From positions 868,001 through 932,000 of the forward strand of contig CM075991.1 in the NCBI GenBank assembly GCA_038087875.1: a stretch of 64,000 nucleotides of DNA, written 5' to 3'. This DNA comes from Malacoraja senta. Its lineage: Eukaryota. The notes below the pieces were generated by a model, which was not told the DNA's origin, did not search any database, and worked only from the letters and a program-made list of their open reading frames with translations. Positions 1 to 9,130 of the stretch are shown piece after piece; position 1 is the stretch's first letter, and each line of letters opens with the position of its first letter. The position numbers and the translations under genes were made by a program.

Positions 1-535
1 CTTTAGTCATAGGGGTAAATGTAGGCCATTCAGCCCATTGAGTCTACCCTACTATTCAGAATTGCGTGTTAACCAGTCAGAGTAAAGACTGGACATGATC
101 ACAATCGAGCCGTCTGACTAAAGGAATTCCTTCTCATCTCCTTCCTAAAAGAACATCCTTTAATTTCGAGGCTGTGACCTCAAGTCCTCGACTCTTCTCA
201 TAGACAATCTGCCGAGACACAAAAAGCTGTAGTATCTCAGCATCTCTGGAGAGAAGGAATGGGTGATAAGATGGGTCTCGTCACCAGTTCCTTCTCTCCA
301 GAGATGCTGCCTGTCCCGCTGAGTCACTCCAGCACTTTGTGTCTACTGTTTAAACCAGCATCTGCAGTTCCTACCTACATATTTAATCTGTCGGTGGAGG
401 CTAATTCTGGGCGTCAAGGAGGAAGTGGACCATTTGGGGCTGGCTCAGAACAAGCGAGGAGATGTGGCCCGCCTCTAAACTCCAGCGGATCAGCACATGG
501 TCTGTTGCTGAAGGACGCAGCCGGCGGCTAGAAGA

Positions 536-877
536 ATGCGGACAGTTCGGATCTCTCACCTGGTCCAGGGACCATGGTCGCTGATGGTCACCCTGTGCCT
601 CTGCCTCCTGTTCCTCTACTTCCTTGTTCCGGGCTGGCAGCAGCACATCCAGCCCGGGTCCGGGGAGCTGGACAAGCTGCGGGTGGAGGCGGCCAAACTG
701 CGGGTGGAGGTAACAGGGCTGCGGGAGAAGACAGCCAAGCTGCGGGATGAGGCGGCCAAGCTGCGGGATGAGGCGGCCAAGCTGCGGGTGGAGGTAACAG
801 GCCTGCGGGAGAAGACGGCCAGGCTGCGGGATGAGGCGGCCAAGCTGCGGGATGAGGCGGCCAAGCTACAGGAGCAG
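536..877 (+). CDS. Exon 1 of a putative type II TM + coiled-coil (tetherin/BST2-like architecture) gene
   Basis: ATG536 opens MRTVRISHLVQGP-WSLMVTLCLCLLFLYFLVPGW (single hydrophobic anchor), followed by heptad repeats KLRDEAA/KLRVEVT/GLREKTA. Ends ...CAG|gtagcg, phase 0; the same donor sequence recurs at 2214 and 3647. Confidence 0.8.
673..870 (+). repeat. Coding 21-bp minisatellite (heptad repeats, with an 84-bp higher-order unit)
   Basis: About 9.5 copies of (gcc)aagctgcgggatgaggcg-type units; the block KLRVEVT-GLREKTA-(K/R)LRDEAA-KLRDEAA occurs twice. Confidence 0.9.
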
Positions 878-1362
878 GTAGCGGGGGAAAGGCGGCGGTG
901 GAGTTACACAGTAGTGAGCAAAGATACTAGAGGAGCGCTACACTAATGGACAAAGTAGTGAGCGTCCCCACCGACCAGCGATCCCCGCACACTAACACCA
1001 TCCTACACACACTAGGGACAATTTACAATGATACCAAGCCCATCGACCAACAAACCTGCACGTCTTTCGGAGTTTGAGGTTTTTATTGTCACAGTGAAAA
1101 GCCATCCACAGTGTACAGATACAGGATAAGGGAATAACGTTTAGTGCAAGAGAAAGCCAGTAAAGTCGGATTCTAAGCTAGTCCAAGGGTCTCCAATGAG
1201 GTAGATGGTAGTTCAGGACTGCTCTCCAGTTGTTGGTGGGATGGGTCAGTTACCTGATAACAGCTGGGAAGAAACTGAACTCTTACATAGGATCCAGAGA
1301 AATACTTCAAGCAAAGTCATATTTTTTAACATTTCAATATTTTCTTGTGTCTTTTTAAACAG

Positions 1363-1441
1363 ATGTCTGCTCAGAATGAGATGATCAAAAAACTGCAAGA
1401 TCAGGACCAGGACTTGCAATCCAAAATTGACAAAATGCAAG
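1363..1441 (+). CDS. TM-coiled-coil gene exon 2 (79 bp, module B copy 1)
   Basis: Pyrimidine tract ttttcttgtgtctttttaaacag| then MSAQNEMIKKLQDQDQDLQSKIDKMQ(G) |gtcagt; phase 0 to phase 1; heptad pattern. Confidence 0.8.
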
Positions 1442-2104
1442 GTCAGTTCAACAACAATTGCATTTGCATAGCGCCTTGGAGAATGTTCCTAAGTACTAGA
1501 GAGAAATGTATATGTTGAATAAAAGTTGATGCTAAGCCGGTGAGTTGGAGAAGGGGGTCATAAGTTCATTAGTGATAGGAGCAGAATAAGGCCATCTTTA
1601 GCCAGAAGGTGGTGAGTCTGGAATTCTTTGCCACAGATGGCTGTGGAGGCCGTCAGTGGATATTTTTAAGGCAGAGATAGACATATTCTTGGTCAGTACG
1701 GGTGTCAGAGGTTATGGGGAGAAGGCAGGAGAATAGGAGGGAGAGAGAGATCAGCCATGATTGAATGGTGGAGTAGACTGGATGGGCCGAATGACATAAT
1801 TCTACTCCTATCACTTATGACCTTAATTCTACCCCGCCATTCAATCGTGGCTGATCTATCTCTCCCTCTCAGCCCCATTCTCCTGCCTTCTCCCCGTGAC
1901 CCCTTGACACCCACACACTTGTCACAACTGACATAAGAAGGTCATAGATGGGGTCATACAGCGTGGAGCCAGGCCCGTCGGGAGGGGGATAGTATGTTTT
2001 TAAACTCATCAGGAAGCTAAAATATACAGGGGGCAAAGTTTCAACTCAAAGAAGCTCCATCCTTCCTCTCCAAATCCACAATCTTCAAATTCTTCTTTTG
2101 ATAG

Positions 2105-2214
2105 GTGATCTTCAGCGCTGTCGGAATGCGAGCGTGAAACATGGAGAACTGGTGCAAGGATTGAAGCGCAGTTTGGAAAACAATGAAGGCCAAAACTCAA
2201 ACCTACGGAAGGAG
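2105..2214 (+). CDS. TM-coiled-coil gene exon 3 (110 bp, module C copy 1)
   Basis: tcttcttttgatag| GDLQRCRNASVKHGELVQGLKRSLENNEGQNSNLRKE |gtagcg; phase 1 to phase 0, in frame with exon 2; Cys followed by N-glycosylation sequon NAS. Confidence 0.8.
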
Positions 2215-2795
2215 GTAGCGGGGAAGCGAGGGGAGGTTGCGGGAAATGGGGCTGCGGATAGCGGAGCTGTGGGGAAAAACTGGCGATTGGACACTAGTGA
2301 AGGAACGTTACACTATTGGGCAGTAGTGTGGGAGCCACACTGAGTCCTCACCGACTAGCGATCCCCGCACACTAACACTATCCTACACACACTAGGGACA
2401 ATTTACAATGATACCAAGCCCATCGACCAACAAACCTGCACGTCTTTGGAGTTTGAGGTTTTTATTGTCACAGTGAAAAGCTTTTGTTGCGTGTTAACCA
2501 GTCAGCGGTAAGACAATACGTGATTACCATGGAGCCATCCACAGTGTACAGATACATGATAAGGGAATAACGTTTAGTGCAAGAGAAAGCCAGTAAAGTC
2601 GGATTCTAAGCTAGTCCAAGGGTCTCCAATGAGGTAGATGGTAGTTCAGGACTGCTCTCCAGTTGTTGGTGGGATGGGTCAGTTACCTGATAACAGCTGG
2701 GAAGAAACTGAACTCTTACATAGGATCCAGAGAAATACTTTAAGCAAAGTCATATTTTTTAACATTTCAATATTTCCTTGTGTCTTTTTAAACAG

Positions 2796-2874
2796 ATGTC
2801 TGCTCAGAATGAGATGATCAAAAAACTGCAAGATCAGGACCAGGCCTTGCATTCCAAAATTGACAAAATGCAAG
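2796..2874 (+). CDS. TM-coiled-coil gene exon 4 (module B copy 2)
   Basis: aaacag| MSAQNEMIKKLQDQDQALHSKIDKMQ(G) |gtcagt; 1433 bp downstream of copy 1. Confidence 0.78.
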
Positions 2875-3537
2875 GTCAGTTCAACAACAATTGCATTTGC
2901 ATAGCGCCTTGGAGAATGTTCCTAAGTACTAGAGAGAAATGTATATGTTGAATAAAAGTTGATGCTAAGCCGGTGAGATGGAGAAGGGGGTCATAAGTTC
3001 ATTAGTAATAGGAGCAGAATAAGGCCATCTTTAGCCAGAAGGTGGTGAGTCTGGAATTCTTTGCCACAGATGGCTGTGGAGGCCGTCAGTGGATATTTTT
3101 AAGGCAGAGATAGACATATTCTTGGTCAGTACGGGTGTCAGAGGTTATGGGGAGAAGGCAGGAGAATAGGAGGGAGAGAGAGATCAGCCATGATTGAATG
3201 GTGGAGTAGACTGGATGGGCCGAATGACCTAATTCTACTCCTATCACTTATGACCTTAAGTCTACCCCGCCATTCAATCGTGGCCGATCTATCTCTCCCT
3301 CTCAGCCCCATTCTCCTGCCTTCTCCCCGTGACCCCTTGACACCCACACACTTGTCACAACTGACATAAGAAGGTCATAGATGGGGTCATACAGCGTGGA
3401 GCCAGGCCCGTCGGGAGGGGGATAGTATGTTTTTAAACTCATCAGGAAGCTAAAATATACAGGGGACAAAGTTTCAACTCAAAGAAGCTCCATCCTTCCT
3501 CTCCAAATCCACAATCTTCAAATTCTTCTTTTGATAG

Positions 3538-3647
3538 GTGATCTTCAGCGCTGTCGGAATGCGAGCGTGAAACATGGAGAACTGGTGCAAGGATTGAAGC
3601 GCAGTTTGGAAAACAATGAAGGCCAAAACTCAAACCTACGGAAGGAG
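3538..3647 (+). CDS. TM-coiled-coil gene exon 5 (module C copy 2)
   Basis: Identical to 2105-2214 with intact AG/GT. Confidence 0.78.
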
Positions 3648-4228
3648 GTAGCGGGGAAGCGAGGGGAGGTTGCGGGAAATGGGGCTGCGGATAGCGGAGC
3701 TGTGGGGAAAAACTGGCGATTGGACACTAGTGAAGGAACGTTACACTATTGGGCAGTAGTGTGGGAGCCACACTGAGTCCTCACCGACTAGCGATCCCCG
3801 CACACTAACACTATCCTACACACACTAGGGACAATTTACAATGATACCAAGCCCATCAACCAACAAACCTGCACGTCTTTCGGAGTTTGAGGTTTTTATT
3901 GTCACAGTGAAAAGCTTTTGTTGCGTGCTAACCAGTCAGCGGTAAGACAATACGTGATTACCATGGAGCCATCCACAGTGTACAGATACATGATAAGGGA
4001 ATAACGTTTAGTGCAAGAGAAAGCCAGTAAAGTCGGATTATAAGGTAGTCCAAGGGTCTCCAATGAGGAAGATGGTAGTTCAGGACTGCTCTCCAGTTGT
4101 TGGTGGGATGGGTCAGTTACCTGATAACAGCTGGGAAGAAACTGAACTCTTACATAGGATCCAGAGAAATACTTTAAGCAAAGTCATATTTTTTACATTT
4201 CAGTATTTTCTTGTGTCTTTTTAAACAG

Positions 4229-4307
4229 ATGTCTGCTCAGAATGAGATGATCAAAAAACTGCAAGGTCAGAACCGGGACTTGCAATCCAAAATTGACGAA
4301 ATGCAAG
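4229..4307 (+). CDS. TM-coiled-coil gene exon 6 (module B copy 3)
   Basis: aaacag| MSAQNEMIKKLQGQNRDLQSKIDEMQ(G) |gtcagt. Confidence 0.78.
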
Positions 4308-4582
4308 GTCAGTTCAACAACAATTGCATTTGCATAGCGCCTTGGAGAATGTTACTAAGTACTAGAGAGAAATATATATGTTGAATAAAATTCGATGCTA
4401 AGCCGGTGAGTTGGAGAAGGGGGTCATAAGTTCATGTGATAGGAGCAGAATTAGGCCATCTTTAGTCAGAGGGTGGTGAATCTGTGGAATTCTTTGCCAC
4501 GGACGGCTGTGGAGGCCAAGTCAGTGGATATTTTTAAGGCAGAGATAGATAGATTCTTGATCAGTACGGGTGTCAGAGGTTA

Positions 4583-5197
4583 GAAACATAGAAACATAGA
4601 AATTAGGCGCAGGAGTAGGCCATTCGGCCCTTCGAGCCTGCACCGCCATTCAATATGATCATGGCTGATCATCCAACTCAGTATCCCGTACCTGCCTTCT
4701 CTCCATACCCTCTGATCCCTTTAGCCACAAGGGCCACATCTAGCTCCCTCTTAAATATAGCCAATGAACTGGCCTCGACTACCCTCTGTGGCAGAGAGTT
4801 CCAGAGATTCACCACTCTCTGTGTGAAAAAAGTTCTTCTCATCTCGGTTTTAAAGGATTTCCCCCTTATCCTTAAGCTGTGACCCCTTGTCCTGGACTTC
4901 CCCAACATCGGGAGCAATCTTCCTGCATCTAGCCTGTCCAACCCCTTAAGAATTTTGTAAGTTTCTATAAGATCCCCTCTCAATCTCCTAAATTCTAGAG
5001 AGTATAAACCAAGTCTATCCAGTCTTTCTTCATAAGACAGTCCTGACATCCCAGGAATCAGTCTGGTGAACCTTCTCTGCACTCCCTCTATGGCAATAAT
5101 GTCCTTCCTCAGATTTGGAGACCAAAACTGTACGCAATACTCCAGGTGTGGTCTCACCAAGACCCTGTACAACTGCAGTAGAACCTTCCTGCTCCTA
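4583..5197 (-). mobile_element. 5'-truncated CR1 LINE 3' end inserted in unit 3
   Basis: ORF 4678-5172(-) is the CR1 ORF2 C-terminus (LVRPHLEYCVQFWSP...RGDLIETYKI...GHSLRI); (ttctatgt)n tail; it splits gtcagaggtta|tggggagaagg, which is contiguous in units 1-2. Confidence 0.92.
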
Positions 5198-5589
5198 TAT
5201 GGGGAGAAGGCAGGAGAATAGGAGGGAGAGATAGATCAGCCATGATTGAATGGTGGAGTAGACTGGATGGGCCAAATGACCTAATTCTACTCCTATCTCT
5301 TATGACCTTAAGTCTTCTCCGCCATTCAATGATGGCTGATCTATCTCTCCCTCTCAGCCCCATTCTCCTGCCTTCTCCCCGTGACCCCTTGACACCCACA
5401 CACTTGTCACAGCTGACATAAGAAGGTCATAGATGGGGTCATACAGCGTGGAGCCAGGCCCGTCGTGAGGGGGATAGTATGCTTTAAAACTCATCAGGAA
5501 GCTGAAATATTCAGGGAGCAGAGTTTCAGCTCAAAGAAGCTCCATCCTTTCTCTCCAAATGCACAATCTTCAAATGCTTCTTTTGATAG

Positions 5590-5692
5590 GTGATCTTCAT
5601 GACTGTTGGACTGAGAGCGGGAAGCACAGAGAACTGGTGCAAGGATTGAAGCGTAATTTGGGTGACTGTGCAAGCCAAAACTCAAACCTTCG
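5590..5692 (+). CDS. TM-coiled-coil gene exon 7 (divergent module C copy 3, 103 bp)
   Basis: ttttgatag| GDLHDCWTESGKHRELVQGLKRNLGDCASQNSNL(R) CG|gtatga; phase 1 to phase 2. Confidence 0.72.
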
Positions 5693-6657
5693 GTATGATC
5701 TGCAAGTCCTTGTGCCTTTATGAAATAGAACTTGACTTTGGGTACTATTGAATACCTTTGATCACCCGTACACCAGTTCTATCCAACACACCCGGGACAA
5801 TTTACAGAAGCCAATTAACCTACTATCCTGCAAGTTTTTGGAATGTGGGAGGAAACTGGAGCACGAGGGCAGCATGGTGGCACAGCAGTGGAGTTGCTGC
5901 CTTACAGCGCCAGAGACCTGGGTTTGATGCTGCCCATGGGTGCTGTTTGTACAGTGTTTGTATGTTCTTCCCGTGACCATCGGGGGGTTTTCTCAGGGTG
6001 CTCCGGTTTCCTCAAACATCCCAGGGATGTGCAGGTTTGCACGTTAATTGGCTCATGTAAAGTTGTGAATTGTCCCTGGTGTGTGAGATGGTGCTAGTGT
6101 ACGTGGGATCACCGGCCGGCGCGGACTCGGTGGGCTGAAGGACCACGCTGTGTTTCTAAACTAAAACCCAAGCCGCCACAGAGAGAACATACGAACTCTG
6201 TACAGACAGCACCGGTCGTCAGGATCGAGCCCGGGTCTCCGGTGCTGTAAGTGCCGTAAGGCAGCAACCCTACCGCTGTGCCGAGTCTGCGGAAATCTCT
6301 GCCCCAGAGGGTGGTGGAGGCCGGTTCTCTGGATACTTTCAAGAGAGAGCTAGATAGGGCTCTTAAAGATAGTGGAGTCAGGGGATATGGGGAGAAGGCA
6401 GGAACGGGTACTGATTGTGGATGATCAACCATGATCACATTGAATGGCGGTGCTGGCTCGAAGGGCCGAATGGCCTACTCCTGCACCTATTGTCTATTGT
6501 CACTGTGCCGCCCGTATTGGGTTATGGAGAGAATTTCCCTGAGAGTTTGACTCGCTAAAGGCCAGACCAAAGCTGGGCTTCAGTAAGACCATTCTTCAAC
6601 ATCCATTTTTAAAAAACAGCGAGTTAATTCAGAATTCCCTGCATTTATTTCTTACAG

Positions 6658-6772
6658 ACGAAACTGCCGGGGTCAATCATGCAAATGCCAGGATGATAAC
6701 AAATGGTGGCTCAACTTGCCTTTTGGTTTGGGCCGCTTCCTGCGTTGCTGCCTGGGCTATTGCTCCAAATGA
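6658..6772 (+). CDS. TM-coiled-coil gene exon 8 (terminal coding exon; exon continues to donor at 6780)
   Basis: gcatttatttcttacag| read in phase 2 gives (R)RNCRGQSCKCQDDNKWWLNLPFGLGRFLRCCLGYCSK* (TGA 6770-6772), then a strong donor ATG|gtaagt at 6780/6781. Confidence 0.62.
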
Positions 6773-8030
6773 CATGAATGGTAAGTTGAAGGGTCAACCC
6801 ATGCACAGTAGGGGGCAATAATGGGTGTGTGAGTGGGTGCAGGGCTCATCAGTCCTAGGAGCAGAATCAGGCCATTCGGCCCATCAAGTCTACAGCCATT
6901 CAATCATGGAAGCGGTGAGGTATGGGGAGTGGGTGGTGGGAGAGGGGGGGGCGGGGTGAGATGTAGAGATGGTGGGGGGGAGGTGTGGGGGTTGGTGATA
7001 GGGTGTGGGGAATGGGTGTGGTAAAGTTAGTGATAATATGGGGGGGGGGAAAGATTTGTGGGAGAGCGAATCCTTGGGATGGCGACTTGTGGACGCAGCC
7101 CAGACCATCACACAAACCAACCTCCCTTCCATTGACTCCATCTACACCTCACGCTGCTTCGGCAAGGCCAGCTGCATCATCAAGGACCAGTCTCATCCCG
7201 GGCCACTCCCTCTTCTCCCCTCTCCCATCAGGCAAGAATGCAGAAGTGTGAAAACGCATACCTCCAGATTCAGGGAGTTTCTTCCCAGCTGTTATCAGGC
7301 AACTGAACCATCCTACCACAACCAGAGAGCGGTCCTGAACTACTATCTACCTCTTTGGTGACTCTCAGACTATCCTCGATCGGACTTTACTGGCTTTACC
7401 TTGCACTAAATGTTATTCCCTTATCATGTATCTGTATGCTGTAAATGGTTCGATTGTAATCATGTATTATCTTTCCACCGACTGGTTAGCACGCAACAAA
7501 AAGCTTTTCACTCTACCTCGGTACACGTGACCATAAACTGAACTGAACTGAACTAGGGGGAGAGGTGGGTGATTTGTGGGGTGCATGTGGGCAGGGAAGA
7601 TGGGGAGATGGGTGTCGGCAAAGCTTGTTGTGAGAGCTCAGGTCAGTGGACATCCTGGTCGGTTATGCGAGAAGGGTTGTATGAAAGATCAGGAGGATGT
7701 GTAGAATGGAGGTACAGATGCTGGTTTGCACCGACGATAGTGTTGGAGCAGTAACTCAGCGGGTCAGGCAGCATCTCTGGAGGGATAGGATAGGTGACGT
7801 TTCGGGTCGGGACCTTCCTCAGACCGAGGGGAGGGACAGGGAGGTTATGACGTGCTAGGAAAATAGAAATGTCTGAATATCCTGTTGTGCCCTTTAAATC
7901 CCAAGGCAGACCTTGAAGGTTGGACAACTCCTGTCTGAAGGGAAGGCAGTGGTTGGTGGTTATAAACAGAATGATGATCCTCTAGGTGTGACCCTCGAGA
8001 GAACTTTATGGTGAAGATCTTTCCCCACAG

Positions 8031-8715
8031 TTCTGCTCCACCTGAACGGTTATGCTGAGGTGTGAATGGACCAGTGACACCTCAGCCATGGCCAGCATCC
8101 TTGGTACGCCCTTGTTCAATGAGTTGGCAATGAGACTGCAAGCCAGGCTTGGTTGGGTGACAAGGGTGCGGTGATGTGGAGATAGGTAGAGGAATGGGAC
8201 ACGGAATGGGAAAGAACCACTGCGGATGTTGGTCCCGTTCCCTAGCCTGCCCCATTATAGACTTTACACCTCATGTCCACCACCCTTGTACCCACACCAC
8301 ACTGCCCTCTGCATTGTTACATCAATGTTCCAATCACTGCAAACTACAACTAATATTCCTGTTCACCAACGCTATCAACCGATTATCACAAAAGATAGAC
8401 AACAAATGCAATGCTGGTAGACAAAAATGCTGGAGAAACTCAGTGAGTGAGGCAGCATCTATGGAGCGAAGGAATAGGTGACGTTTGGGGTCGAGACAGA
8501 AAGGTGCTCCCTGGCCCACTGAGTTACTCCGGCATTTGGTGTTTATCTTCCATGTAAACCAGCGTCTGCAGATCTTTCCTACACGTTCAATTCACATTTC
8601 TGCTGTTTCCACGCAATTCAACAAGTGTGAATTGTGCCTGGTCCACGCGCTCAGCGGCCATGGATTTAATGTGTGCGTGTGTTTTTTTTTAAATTCTGAT
8701 TCAATTTATAATAAA
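8031..8715 (+). other. Putative last (3'UTR) exon of the TM-coiled-coil gene with AATAAA at 8710-8715
   Basis: Acceptor atctttccccacag|8031 is the first good acceptor in non-repeat sequence after the 6780 donor; AATAAA lies in AT-rich sequence followed by T-rich sequence. Confidence 0.4.
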
Positions 8716-8837
8716 ATATCACGATTTATTTAAAAAACAGGTCTCAAATCAAATTTTCTTGCTTCCACTTTATTAGAACTCCTGTTATTCCCAAACCAAG
8801 TCTGGATATTGTTATTTAATTTACCGGACATGAATGT

Positions 8838-9130
8838 CATGGTGACGCAGCGGTAGAGTTGCTGCCTCACAGCACCAGAGACCCGGGTTCCATCCTGACT
8901 ACAGGTGCTGTCTGTACGGAGTTTGCATGTTCTCCCCGTGACCTGTGTGGGTTTTCTCCGGGTGCTCTGGTTTCCTCCCGCACTCCAAAGACGTGCAGGC
9001 TTGTAGGTTAATTTGGCTTTGGTGAAATTGTAAATTGTCCCTAGTGTGTGGGATGGTGTTAGTGTGCGGGGTGAGCTGCTGGTCGGTGGGCCGAAGGGCC
9101 TGTTTCTGCGCCCTATTTCTAAAGCCTAAA
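8838..9130 (+). mobile_element. tRNA-derived V-SINE (HE1-like); further copies at ~5868-6165, 9993-10260, 45490-45790, 50215-50515(-), 51525-51825, 57140-57395(-)
   Basis: A-box-like tggtgacgcagcggtag and B-box ggttccatcc, conserved central domain gtttgcatgttctccccgtg...gggttttctccgggtgctctggtttcctccc, CR1-like 3' tail gggccgaagggcctgttt. Confidence 0.8.

Larger units (their letters stand above)
878..5692 (+). repeat. Tandem triplication of a ~1.4-kb intron-exon-intron-exon unit
   Basis: Units 878-2214, 2215-3647 (1433 bp) and 3648-5692 (with a ~615-bp CR1 insert). The ORF track repeats at a 1433-bp offset (1246/2679, 1705/3138, 2098/3531). Confidence 0.95.

Noticed and set aside
616..864. 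Antisense ORF with SSRSLAA repeats
   Set aside because: Shadow of the coding heptad minisatellite.
878..946. Unspliced end of ORF 536-946 (VAGERRRWSY...)
   Set aside because: Read-through into the intron; the same post-donor sequence follows the C exons and runs into SINE sequence.
878..5692. Tandem units as a pure assembly artefact
   Set aside because: Units differ by substitutions, indels and a CR1 insertion, so they look like real copies; read-level confirmation of units 1-2 is still advisable.
8838..8900. tRNA-like A/B boxes
   Set aside because: SINE head, not a cloverleaf tRNA gene; followed by SINE body and tail.
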